NCBI RefSeq assembly: GCF_963921235.1
Contig: NC_086097.1
Span: 194,930,001 to 194,994,000 of the forward strand
Reading direction: 5' to 3'
Length of the DNA: 64,000 nt
DNA from: Mobula hypostoma
Lineage: Eukaryota
Shown: piece by piece, positions 50,426 through 62,864 of the stretch
Layout of the letters: every line of letters starts with the position of its first letter
How positions within the stretch are numbered: the first letter of the stretch is position 1
The notes under the pieces: model-generated
The model's input: only the letters and a program-made list of their open reading frames with translations
What the model was told of the DNA's origin: nothing
Database searches by the model: none
Translations under genes and position numbers: made by a program

Positions 50426-51769
50426 TACTTCAAGGTTGGTAGACGATCATCACTTCATGGACTAAAGCATGTGTGTTGATTATAACATGATGCTTTAGTT
50501 AAGATCCAGTTGTCATAATGAAAAGTTGTTTCCTTTCTTCCCGGCCTGAATAAGTTGTGTGGTACCACAACAGCACGCTAGGATATTAACTACACTGATG
50601 ACAAAGATTGAGGTGACAACACCTTTGGGTAAATAATAGTTTTCAATATTTCTTACATAACATGTCAGATTTGATTACTAGAACAATTAAATAGCTTCTT
50701 CAAGGCAATAATGTTATTGTAATTTCAGATGAAAATTGCTGAAAGAATGCAGAGCTGAAATCTGTGAGCTGTCATAGTTCCTTACACTTACATAACACTA
50801 TATCCTTTAGTAATATCACCAGGCCAGTCTATTATTTAATAAGATTTTGGAGATTTTATTAAACCTTTTCAGTGCAGCACTTCTTGCATTCTTCAAAAAT
50901 GCATTGCTTACTTTGCACAAAGTGACCCGGGGACTTGAATTATTGTAATGTTTTCAATTTGGGCCGAATCTGGATTGTTCATGACTGAATTATTTCATCA
51001 GTGGCCTTGCAAGCAAACATTTTCATTGGAATTCATTCACACTCAAGGGCTCAATTTTCCCATCTCTGTCAATTCCATGGAAAATCCAAAGAAAATAAAC
51101 CATTGTGTTATATTGTACTGTGACATTTTCTGGGTGCTGTATGGAGATTGGCATAAAGCTGTATGCAGGAGAGGGTGTTCTGTCTGCACCAGAGGACACA
51201 GAAATCTGCCTTGTAGAAAATCCATGTGAGATAATAGTGCAAAGAGCTGGAAGCTTGCTGCTGTTGTCAGGGCAACTATGCGGCTATGGAGCTTGTTCTC
51301 CTACTGCTACAAAAGGGAACACTTCACATGGTTGGGGAAGAACAGGTAGGTGTCAGTGCAAAAAGAAAGCTAGAGAATTCTAGTGCAAGAGAATCCCAGA
51401 ACACAGTGATTTTAACTCAGTACCATGAAATAGACATGTCAAATAATATCTACTCAGCACTTTGTTGCAAACAGACCATTACCCATATGTGCTCTGACCC
51501 ATATATACTGAAGTGATGTAAGATATGACTGACTACTAGAAGTAATGTATTGGGACCAGACACTGGGGAAGACTGTTTCTTTTATGACACAATAAACACA
51601 GACTAACATTATTGAACAGTGTCAAGCTGGAAAAGATTCACTTGGTTAGGATGTTTAATTTGTGTACACCACATTCATGGCTAGGTAGTGTATTAACAAG
51701 GTATGTTGATCTATTCAGATAATCATATAGTGGCATTGTTAGCTATAAATTTCCAGAGGTGATTCCTTT

Positions 51770-52245
51770 CATGAGGATGATTCCAGGAATGAAGGGGTTA
51801 ACATATGCAGAGCGTTTGCCAGCTTTGGGCCTGTACTCACTGGAATTTAGAAGAATGCAGGGGGATCTCATTGAAACCTACCAAATATTGGAAGAACTAG
51901 ATAGGGTGGATGTAGAGAAGATGTTTCCTATGGTGGGGGTGTCCAGAACTAGAAACTACAGCATCAAAATTGAGGGGTGATCTTTTAGAATAGAGATAAG
52001 GAGCAATTTTTTTAGCCAGACAGTAGTGAATCTATGGAATCCTCTGCCACAGACTGCAGTAGAGGCCAAGTCTGTGGGTATATTTAAGCGGAAGTTGATA
52101 ATTTCCTGATCAGACAGGTCATCAAAGGATAAGGCAGAAGTATGGGGTTGAGTGAGATCCAGGATCAGCCATGATGGAGTGGTGGAGCGGTCTCGATGGG
52201 CTGAATGGCCTAATTCTGCTCCTATGTCTTCTGGTCTTATGGCCT
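51770..52245 (+). mobile_element. CR1 3' fragment
   Basis: FMRMIPGMKGL..LGLYSLEFRRM; tail TCTTCTGGTCTTATGG. Confidence 0.88.
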
Positions 52246-53049
52246 AAGTCTTTGAATCCACCTCCATCAGATATCAAGCTTTGTCGTTCTAAAACTACAG
52301 GTGGAACAACATAAACCCCAGGTGTTGGTTAAGATCCAGCAAAGTAATTAGGCAGTGTAACTTGTGGTGGTCGTGAACTTTAGTAAGGCAGTGTGAATGA
52401 GCAGTGACTAAAAGGTCAGCTTAAATCAAATAATGGAAGATGAATGATGTTCATTGCCTACATCTCAAGACGATTATAGAGTGGGCAGGAGACAATATTT
52501 TTATAAGCCAAGATACAAACTGGCCAGTTGAATATGGATTAAGTTAGTCAGGGTTATTTGATAATCACCACCTAGAAGGGATTATTTCTGTACAAAGTTT
52601 CCCTTTGAAATCAAATCTGTTCCAGAATCTTCCAATTTATACTGGATTAAATGCTCCAATGTTCCCTACAGCCGGTGAACCAAAATGAAACAGAGGTTAC
52701 TTGAGGAAGTGTTGTACAGACCAGAAACTTACAACGTGTGCCTGAAGAAGGTAAATGTCTTGGTTTAACCCGTCACATTTTAAGCGATATGAAGTTGGGT
52801 TAAGATCAAGGAGATGGAAAAAAAATTACAGTGAATAGAATGCAAGAGCGCTAAACAACTCCGCATTATGGTGTTAGGGTCTTTGACACATTTTAATACC
52901 ACAGCTGTCTTGTGCTGAGCATAGCCACTTTATTTACTGCTCGTTATAGGTCCTTAAGGATGAGACTTAGAACAAGGGTGGAGAGCAACAGAAGACCAGA
53001 GATGCAAGGGCAGGTTGAACAGAGATTCTTTCCTTGTTCATTACAATAT

Positions 53050-54433
53050 TTGTGCTGCTTCATGCACCCAGGCTGAGCTTAGCAATTTCATCAACTTTGC
53101 CTCCAACTCCCATCCTGCCTTTAAAGTCACTTGGTCCATTTCTGATACCTCTCTCTCCTTTCACGAACTCTGTCTCCATTTCTGGAGAGAAACTGTCTAC
53201 CAACATCTTTTATAAACCTACCAATTCCCACCTGTCTCCTGTAAAAATGCTAATCCATTTTCTCAGTTCCTTATTCACCACCCTTCTTCAGAGAGTAGGG
53301 TTTCTCTACCTCCACCATTGATGGTGCTGTCACCCACATCTCCTCTATTTCTCAGACATCAACATTCACCCCAGCTTCCCATCACCCCACTAGGGATAAG
53401 GGTCCCCTTGTCGCCTTGTCCCAGCCTCCGGGACCAACATATAATTCTCCGTAACTTCCACCCCCTCCAATGGGATCCCACCACCAAGCACATCTTTCCC
53501 TCCCCCCCACTTTCTGCTTTCCGCAGGGATTTCTCCCTACGCAACTCCCTTGTCCATTCGTTTCCCCCCCCATCCCTTCCCACCGATCTCCCTCCCAGCA
53601 CTTATCCTTGTAAGCGGAACAAGTGCTACGCATGCCCTTACACATCCTCCCTCACCACCATTCAGGACCCAAGACAGTCCTTCCAGGTGAGGCAACACTT
53701 CACCTGTGAGTCAGCTGAGGTGATACACTGCGTCCAGTGCTCCCGATGCGGCCTTCTATATATTGACGAGACCCGACACAGGCTGGGAGACCGTTTCGCT
53801 GAACACCTACTCTCTGTCCGTCAGAGAAAGCAGGATCTCCCAGTGGCCACACATTTTAATTCCACATCCCATTCCCATTCTGACATGTCTATCCACGGCC
53901 TCCTCTACTGTAAAGATGAAGCCACACTCAGGTTGGAGGAACAACACCTTATATTCCGTCTGGATATCCTCCAACCTGATGGCATGAACATTGACTTCTC
54001 TAACTTCTGCTAATGCCCCTCCTCCTGTTCTTACCCCATTCCTTATTTATTTATTAATTACTTTTTCCATTTTTTTCCTCTTTCTCTTTTTTCACTCTCT
54101 GTCCCTCTCACAACAACTCCTTGCCTGCTCTTCATCTTCCTCTGGCGTTACCCTCCACCTGTATTTCTCCCTAGGCCTCCCATCCAATGATACCTCCTTT
54201 CTCCAGCCTGGTATCCCTTTTGCCAATCAAATTTCCAGCTCTTAGCTCCATCCCTCCCCCTCCTGTCTTCTCCTATCATTTCCGATCTCCCCCTCCCCCT
54301 CCCACTTTCAAATCTCTTACTAGCTCTTCTTTCAGTTAGTCCTGACAAAGGGTCTCGGCCCGAAATGTCGACTGTGCTTCTTCTTATTGATGCTATCTGG
54401 CCTGCTGCATCCACCAGCATTTTGTGTGTGTTG
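53050..54433 (+). mobile_element. Penelope-like element: deleted RT C-terminus, GIY-YIG domain and pLTR
   Basis: ORF 53318..54013 near-identical to 43973-44386; LSTNIFYKPT RT remnant; mutated hammerhead 54338-54373. Confidence 0.9.
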
Positions 54434-54634
54434 CAAGTGTAACGCTCAGCTATACTGACTCGTATATATCTAGGGAAAACCCCATCCGCCGCCCGCCTGG
54501 ACGCACCCAGTTGTATCGATTGCTGTACCACTGCCACCGAAGTCAGTTTCAAACATCAATCATCAGCCAGCACACACTGTATATTTTACCAAGTACACTT
54601 TACAGATATTACTGAGTCTATGAAATTAATATAA

Positions 54635-54852
54635 TGTAGCGATGTGCTTCATATAGAGCTAGAAATAATGACACGCAGTCTGTAAGTCGCACTCGAGACT
54701 CATTTATTCAAACTTCGCAGCATTGGTTTTTTAGCAGTTCCCTTCCAGCCCTCTCCGGGCGGAAATGACGTCAGAGGTGCATTACAAAGTCTCTCCCCGC
54801 ATGCGGGCTATTTTGTGAGCCGGTTCGCTTGTGTAGAAAGTGGGTTGCCACA
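54635..54852 (-). repeat. Gypsy 3' LTR
   Basis: TG..CA direct repeat of 58573-58793; adjacent PPT (GGAGGGGGGTTA on minus strand, 54853-54864). Confidence 0.93.
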
Positions 54853-57800
54853 TAACCCCCCTCCAGAACCAGCGATACCTCCCCCAATGTCCACATTCTG
54901 GATCAGTCTCTGTTTGGACGGTCTGCCTCTGCGCCGCGGTACCTGAACCTCGACCGGCTGCACCAAGTCCACATGGGCCGGTTTGAGTCGGTCCACCGTG
55001 AAAACCTCCTCTTTCCCCTCAATGTCTAGAACGTATCTGGACCCGTTGTTACTGATCACCTTGAATGGCCCCTCGTACAGCCGCTGTAGCGGTGCCCGGT
55101 GTGCGCCCCTTCGTACGAATACAAACACAGTTCTGCAGGTCTTTGTGTACGCAGGTTGGGCTCTGTCCATGCTGTGAAGTAGGTACAGGGGCCAGGTTGC
55201 CGAGCCTTTCGCGTAGTCTGTCCAGGTCTGCTGCGGGTTCTTCCTCTTGCCCCCTTGAGGCTGGTATGAACTCTCCTGGGACGACCAGGGGTGCGCCGTA
55301 CACCAACTCGGCCGACGAGGAGTGCAGATCCTCTTTGGGTGCTGTGCGGATTCCGACCAGGACCCAGGGAAGCTCGTCTACCCAGTTAGGCCCTTTCAGG
55401 TGGGCCATGAGAGCCGACTTTAAGTGACGGTGGAAGCGTTACACTAGTCCGTTCAACTGTGGATGGTTGGCAGTTGTGTGGTGTAATTGTGTTCCCAACA
55501 GGCTGGCCACAGCCGACCACAGGCTGGGGGTGAACTGGGCGCCCCTGTCGGAGGTAATGTGGGCCGGTATCCTGAAGCTTGCTACCCAGGTTGCGATCAG
55601 TGCTCGGGCGCAGGAATTGCTCCTCGCGACTCTGGCAGGGGCCCCATGATATCCACATGAATGTGGTCGAACCTCCGGCGGGTGGGTTCGAGCTGCTGCG
55701 GCAGGGCTTTGGTGCGCCGCTGCACCTTGGCTGTTTGGCACCGCGTGCACGTTTGGGCCCATTCGCTGACCTGTTTGCGAAGTCCATGCCACACGAACTT
55801 GCTGGAGACCATCTGGACAGCTGTTCTGATAGATGGGTGCACCAAGCCGTGTATGGAGTCGAAAACTCGCCACCGCCAGGCTGCCGGGACGATGGGGCGA
55901 GGTTGGCCGGTAGCCACGTCACACAGGAGGGTCCTCTCACCTGGGCCTATGAGGAAGTCTTGCAGCTGCAAACCCGACACTGCGGTCCTGTAGCTGGGCA
56001 TCTCGTCGTCTGCCTGCTGTGCCTCCTCCAGTGCTGCATAGCCCATCCCCTGGGACAGGGCCTGGATAGCTGGTCTGGAGAGTGTGTCCACCATGACGTT
56101 GTCCTTTCCCGAGACATGCTGGATGTCCGTCGTGTACTCGGAGGTGTAGGACAGATGTCACAGCTGACGAACCGACCAGGGATCAGACACCTTCGTGAAT
56201 GCAAAAGTCAACGGTTTGTGGTCCGTGAACGCGGTGAACAGCCTGTCTTCTAAGAAGTACCTGAAATGCTGGATTGCCAGATGTAGTGCCAACAGCTCCT
56301 GGTCGAAAGCACTGTACTTGAGTTCAGGTGGCCGTAGGTGCCTGCTGAAGATCGCCAGGGGTTGCCAGCGACCCTCGATGAGTTACTCCAGCACCCCACT
56401 GACTGCAATGTTGGATGCGTCCACTGTGAGGGCAGTTGGAACATCTGTTCTGGGGTGCACCAGCATCACAGCGTCTGCCAAGGCTTCCTTGGCTTTAACG
56501 AAAGCGTTGCAGCCTCTTCGTCCCAAGTAATGTCTTTGCATTTACCCGACATCAGGGAGAACAAAGGGCACATGATACGGGCTGCTGAGGGGAGGAAGGG
56601 GTGGTAGAAGTTCACCATACCAACGAACTCCTGCTGGCCTTTGACAGTATTGGGCCGGACGAAGTGGCGGATCGTGTCTGCATTGGCGGGCAGAAGTGTT
56701 GCCCTGTCTTTGCCCCAGGAAGTCGATGGTGCCCAGTCCGATCTGGCATTTGGCCGGGTTGATCGTGAGGCCAAAATCACTCAGGCGGGAGTAGAGCTGG
56801 CGGAGGTGGGACTGATGCCCCTGACGACTACTGCTGACGATGAGGATGTTCATCCAAATAGATGAATGCGAAGTCCAGGTCGCATCCCACCGCATCCATT
56901 AGCTGCTGGAACGTCTGTGCGGCGTTCTTCAGGCCGAACGGCATTCGGAGGAATTCAAATAGGCCGAACGGGGTGATGAGTGCTGTTTTGGGGATGTCTT
57001 CAGGGTGTACCGGGATTTTATGGTATCCCCGGATGAGGTCTACTTTGGAAAAAATGCTGGCCCTGTGCAGGTTTGCTGCAAAGTCCTGTATGTGTGGCAC
57101 GGGGTAGTGGTCTAGAGTTGTAGCCTCGTTCAGTCTGCGGTAGTTGCCGCATGGTCTCTAGCCCCCGGCTGCTTTGGGCACCATGTGCAGGGGGGGAGGC
57201 CCATAGGCTGTTGGACCGCCGTACGATCCCCAATTTCTCCATCCTCTTGAACTCCTCCTTCGCCAGGTGGAGCTTGTCCGGGGGGAGCCTTTCTTGCGCG
57301 GGCGTGGAGGGGTGATCCCTGGGTCGGAATGTGGTGCTGTACTCCGTATCTGGGCATGGCTGCCGTGAACTGCGGTGCCAGAACCGATGGAAAGTCCGCC
57401 AGGATTCTAGTGAATTCGTTGTCAGACAGCATGATGGAGTCCAGGTGTGGGGCCGGCAACTTGGTTTCACCCAGGGAGAACATCTGGAAAGTCTTGGCAT
57501 AGACTAGTCTTTTCCCTTGCAAGTCGGCCAGCAGGCTGTGGGGTTGCAAGAAGTCCGCCCCCAGGAGTGGTTGGGCCACAGCAGCCAGTGGGAAGTCCCA
57601 CGTGAACCAGCTGGCGCCGAACTGTAGCTGCCCTGTGCGGGCGCCGTAGGTCCATATCGTGCTGCTGTTTGCGGCCCTCAGGGTGGGTCCCGTCGCCCTG
57701 TTGTGGGTGTCATACCCCGTCGGGGCTAAGACGCTGATTTCCACTCCAGTGTCGACCAAGAAGCGGCGTCCCGACTGTTTGTCCCAGACATAAAAGAGGC

Positions 57801-58558
57801 TGTCCTGGTGGCCAGCCACCGTAGCCATTAGCAGCGGCTGGCCCTGGCGTTTCCCGGGAACTTGCAGGGCGGGTGACAACGGCGGGCTTCTATGCCCCAC
57901 CACTGGTGGTAGAAACACCACTGTTCATTGGCCTCCTCACTCCTTCCTCTGGGTTTTGTGCGCTCTGTTGCCGGGCCTGGTCTGGCCTGCTGTTGGGCGC
58001 GTGGCTTGGTAATCTGTCCGAAGGATGCCCCGCTCTCCCTCTTGGCTTTCCACAGCACGAATGCCCGGTCCGCCACCTTCCGGGGGTCACTGAAATCTGT
58101 GTCGGCCAGCAGCAGATGTATGTCCTCGGGCAGTTGCTCTAGGGACGCCTGCTCAAACATGAGGCAGGGCTTGTGTCCTTCAGCCAGGGCCAGCATCTCG
58201 TTCATTAATGCTGACGGCGGCCTGTCTCCCAAACCGTGCAGGTGCAGCAAGCGGACACCTCGTTCACGCCGTGAATGGCCAAAGGTCTCTAAGAGCAGCG
58301 CTTTGGATGCTGCATATTTGCCTTCTTCGGGGGTGACTGTATGAAACCCAAACCCATGCGGCTGTCTCCTGGAAAAGGGAGCTCACCACATAATAGTAAC
58401 GTGTGGAATCCGAAGATATCTGCCGAATCTGGAACTGGGCTTCTGCTTGGTCAAACCACATGCATGGTCGCAGCGTCCAGAAAGTTGGCAGTTTTAATGA
58501 AACTGCGTGAGCAGATGAAGAAGAGTCAATCATCTTTGGTCCAAATCCCATTTGGACT

Positions 58559-58571
58559 GTCGGGGTCACCA
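58559..58571 (-). promoter_or_regulatory. Primer-binding site, tRNA-Trp
   Basis: TGGTGACCCCGAC immediately inside the 5' LTR, complementary to the vertebrate tRNA-Trp 3' end (GTCGGGGTCA-CCA). Confidence 0.85.
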
Positions 58572-58572
58572 A

Positions 58573-58793
58573 TGTAGCGATGTGCTACACACAGAGCTAG
58601 AAATAACAACACGCAGTCTGTAAATCGCACTCAAGACTCATTTATTCAAACTTCGCGGCACTGGCTTTTTTTAGCAGTTCCCTTCCAGCCCTCTCTGGGC
58701 GGAAATGACGTCAGAGGTGCATTACAAAAGTCTCTCCCTGCGCGTGGGCTATCTTATGAGCCGGTTCGCTTGTGTAGAAAGTGGGTCACCACA
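58573..58793 (-). repeat. Gypsy 5' LTR
   Basis: TG..CA direct repeat, roughly 90% identical by eye to the 3' LTR. Confidence 0.93.
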
Positions 58794-59309
58794 ATAAGTT
58801 CAATACAGAGAAAGGGAATGGAAAAGGCGCCAGACTTATCAAAGTTCAATGTCTTCGTGCACACTTTGGAGCTCAGGACCCTCTTCGGGACCACCCTGAC
58901 CCCGTCGACTCGCAGCTCGGAACCACCTGGAGTGATCAACCTGAGCTTTCCCGCACGTCCGTCGTCCTCACCGTCTCTCCTCCGACTCCCCGCCAAAACC
59001 CCCTGGTTCCCAGTCATATGAGACAGCATATCACCCCAAGAAAGAATAACATGGATACCCATTGGCTGATAGTACATCTGCTATCTGTTATAACCCAAGC
59101 AAATTTCTAACTAGAGACTTTCTCAGCATTTAACATAACATAGAAGCCATTTTAATCCTCATACGCAGCAGTTTAAAAGATTAACATAACAAAGAAGCCA
59201 TTTTAAATTTAACATAACAAAGAAGAAACCCCATACACAAGAAAAAAAGTACCTTCGATTAGCCCACGAGAGGCCGCTGCATTTGCATGCGCTGCCATTT
59301 TATCAGAAT

Positions 59310-59520
59310 ACTTTTTCTTTCCCACTCACTTGGATTCACCAATCACCTTCTAGCTTGTCTCCTTCCCCTCCCCCCCCACCGACATTTTTATTCTGCCAAC
59401 TTCCCCCTTCCTTTCCCGCCCTGATGAAGGGTCTTGGACAGAAACATTGACTTTAGTTTATTTCCATGGATGCTGTCTGACCTGCTGAGTTCCTCCAGCA
59501 CTTTGTGTGTGTTGCTCTGA
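59310..59520 (+). repeat. Penelope pLTR fragment with hammerhead-like core
   Basis: CT-rich lead-in, CTGATGA..GAAAC at 59421-59445, then the family 3' motif. Confidence 0.75.
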
Positions 59521-61719
59521 ATAACTATGGGGCTATCATACATTGACTGACTCAGGTCATTAGTTAGCACCTCCTACATCTTTTATGGAAGATACTGTAG
59601 TTCATACGTTGGCTTCAAGCCACATAACACCCTTCAAAACCCAGAGTGAAGGAAGTCATCCTCAGTTCCGAGTGTGGGGCTAGGAAGTTAAAGAAAATAT
59701 AGTGAATGGGATGGTTTTGAGATGATTGGCATGAGATTAAGAACAATTTGCATTGGACTGAGAAAAACATCGCATCTTCTAGAAATTGAAAATAGCTGAG
59801 TGATATTTATAATTCAGGACAAATGTTCAGTGAAAGTACTTTACGAGCCTAACATGAGGATTATCACAATGTGGGCTTTTTGACTTTGTTCCATAATTTT
59901 GAAAGGTTAAGGCTGGTCCAATTTAAATTCAGACAACTTCATCAATAATTGTTATTACTTTTAATTCCCACGGGGTTTGGAATATATTCAATGCTCGAGA
60001 ATTAACAGCCATTATGTTAATGAGTTCTTAAAATATGTAACCCTCCAAATGAAAAAAAATCTTCATTTGTCCTGAGACCTCTTATCCTGAAGCATATTAC
60101 TGGCCTTGTATTTCAAAAGTCAATTAATCTTGGTTTTGTCAGAAAATAAAATATCTTTCAAAGAATTTCCCTCATTTTGGGCTCTCTTATGAAATAACCT
60201 TTCAGCCTCAAGTTTAATGAGCCTTCTGAGAAATGTAATACTTCAGTGAGGGGGAGTAGGTCAATCCTGCCTGCTCATTTCTATGAAATCACAATAAGAG
60301 GGGTAAACTTGTGCAAACCAAAAAGAACTCCACATACTGAGGCACTGTTGATGGGACATGTCAGAAGAAGGTGACTGAATTTTTTATGTTTCCACCCCAT
60401 AAAAATCCCGTGACAAATTGCATTCTTTTAATGACCTAACGAAGTAGCCTGTATGTTTTCATGTTGGTATTGTGTCATAAGGAAAGATAATTCTACCAGC
60501 CTCAGGCTGCATGCTAGAATGACAATATTGTCAGAATTTAACTAATGTTTGTTTAGATAATAAAATGAGTCTTCAGATTTAATCTTCCAGATAACTCTGA
60601 TGACTAGTGATGGCTGTACTTTCATTCCTTTTCCACTCTTGAAATATTGGATTTGACATGTTTAGTACCCTGAGGTACTCCAGCAATCTCTAAATAGTTC
60701 TGATGCTAATGAAATCCAAGTAACTAAGATCTGAAAAACAATGAACCATTTATATTTGAATATTGAAGTAGTCTCTATTACAATGACAATGAAACAGACA
60801 CTTCCAAATTATGACACAGAAAATACAGTAATATTATTTTACAATGCAAGAGCAAACACTTAAAAAAGAAACATTTACATTTTCCTATTTTCTGCTTTAT
60901 TTCATTCCTTTGATGAGGTAGAAAAGAACTTTAATTTATATTTCAATGTGTTCCAAAATGCTTTAAGAAAAATGGACACCCTTACTGAGCTCAATTGTTA
61001 TTCCAATCTAGGCAAAAGTAGCAAAAGGTATTCTTTAAATGCTTTGAGATAAATGATCAGCTCATTTTTATTTTGGCTGAGGTATTAATATTGACTAGGA
61101 ACCAATGGATGCCCACTGTCCCATCCTCAAATATTACTGTGCAATGATTTACATACACACAAACAGCCAGATGGCTCTTAATACCTCATTCAAAAGGCAT
61201 TTTAATGCAGCTCCTCCTTAGCTTCTGTAAAGCGTCAGTTTACACTACAAAGCATAACTGGCTTGAACTCAGTAATATTTGACCTAGAGACAGCAACACA
61301 ACTGTTATGCCAAGTTCTTGATAGTTTAATAAATGAAGACATTTTGGCAGCCCCCCCTTGCATCATGGTATTCACAGGAGTGGCTGTAGTTTGCATGACA
61401 ATGAAAAATGGGACTCAGCATTTTGAAGTCATATAAAGGAAAACAGACATTTTATATATATTTTGGTAGTGTCACTTTAAAAGATTACTGTGATCATTAT
61501 AGAATAATACAGATAGATATATTACTCAGAGAGTGAGAATTCCTGTCTTGTAGTAAGAAGAGTTAACAAATTTCACGACACATGCCAGTGATAATAAGCA
61601 TGATTCTGATAGATCTTGCCGCCATAAAAATTCTCCAGTGGTTTCAGCCCTGATTGTCCTTATTTTACATCTCCACAGACAGAACTGCCTGCAAGCACAA
61701 AAATATCACTGGTTAAGCT

Positions 61720-61934
61720 ACACACATGCAAAATGCTGGAGGAACTCAGCAGGCAAGACAGCACCTTTGGAAAACAGCGAATAGTTGAAGTTTCGGGCCA
61801 AAACTCTTCTTCAGGACCGAAATGTCGACTATTTACTCTTTCCATAGATGCTGTTTGACCTCCTGAGTTCCTCCAGCATTTTGTGTGTGTTGATTTGGAT
61901 TTCCATCATCAGTAGATTTTTGTGTTTGTGGTTG
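61720..61934. mobile_element. Miniature fold-back Penelope pLTR derivative
   Basis: 61720-61816 inverted relative to ~61817-61892; flanked by ACTGGTTAAGCT (61708-61719) / ACTGGTTAAACT (61935-61946). Confidence 0.8.
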
Positions 61935-62864
61935 ACTGGTTAAACTCCCTCATTTCACATCTTCAGCAGGTCCTGGGGTTGAAGCAGTTGCAGCATGAAA
62001 AAACACCACTATAGATCAATGCCTAATGAATACCCTCAAAGGAAAATGTATTTGATTTAATTATACACACATCAATTGGCCAAAATCAAGTGAGATGAGT
62101 GCTGAGGTTGGATATAACCTCCTGCTTCTTGTTTCAGAAGAGAAATGCTGAGTTACATATTTGAAAAGAATAGTCATTCTGGTGAGGTCCTGAGAGCTAT
62201 TGCAACTGAAGGAACTATATCCTGTATTTCTCCAGAGAAATAAGGGGGCATTGAAATGTAAAACAAGCATAAGAAAAACCATACCTGTTAGACACTGGGT
62301 ATAGAGTGCAGAGTATCAAATTATGATAATCTCACAGCTAATAATACATTTTCTATTTTAAAAATAAGCTTTCCATGTTGATTTGTATGCAATGATTAAT
62401 CCATTGAAGGACAGCTGCACATCTGCTTACTCTGTATTTCAGAATAATAAAATTAAGTTGGTAAATCAGGATTAAATAGATTAATAAAACTGTAAAACTC
62501 TTTTACGTTATTACATGAGATAGATACAACAAAGTTTCTCTACTCCTATCTGGATAAATTAAGTGTTTAGCATGCAGATTATGATACTTTATGATACATT
62601 ATGATAAAGCTGAAATGTCTTTAATATACAATTCAGCTTTTGAATTACTTGTTTGCTATTAGAAAATGAAAGGGTATCTTGTTAGGTAGATATAAATGGA
62701 TAACGTACTCTGGGTGCTATCTATTTCCGGTAAGGTAGCAGTGTGCTTGTTTGCAGTGGCCTCTCTGTATGCAATCAATGGTGTAAATCATCTCAATTCG
62801 ATATTCCAGACTAAAATTGAATCACTCAGGGATGCTTGATAGCTGTGCCTGGGGTGAATACCTT

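Larger units (their letters stand above)
54635..58793 (-). mobile_element. Full-length Gypsy/Ty3 LTR retrotransposon, frameshifted gag-pol
   Basis: Gag (VSLKLPTFW..WFDQAEAQF), PR (FLVDTG), RT (FSKVDL..TPFGLFEFLRMPFGLKNA, YLD), RNase H (TVDAS), IN (HIHVDIMGP, ITSDRGAQF, GPF); two LTRs; TSD ATAA at 54631-54634 and 58794-58797. Confidence 0.95.
54438..59237. mobile_element. Solo LTR (~640 bp; 54438-54634 plus 58798-59237) interrupted by a Gypsy provirus
   Basis: TGTAA..TACA termini with TSD CAAG at 54434-54437 and 59238-59241. Confidence 0.72.

Noticed and set aside
55049..58577. Many overlapping ORFs in the GC-rich block as novel genes
   Set aside because: They are explained by frameshifted Gypsy gag-pol and the scarcity of stops in GC-rich DNA.
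59520..62800. AT-rich unique region as gene-containing
   Set aside because: No convincing ORF or exon boundaries; small exons cannot be excluded without transcript data.
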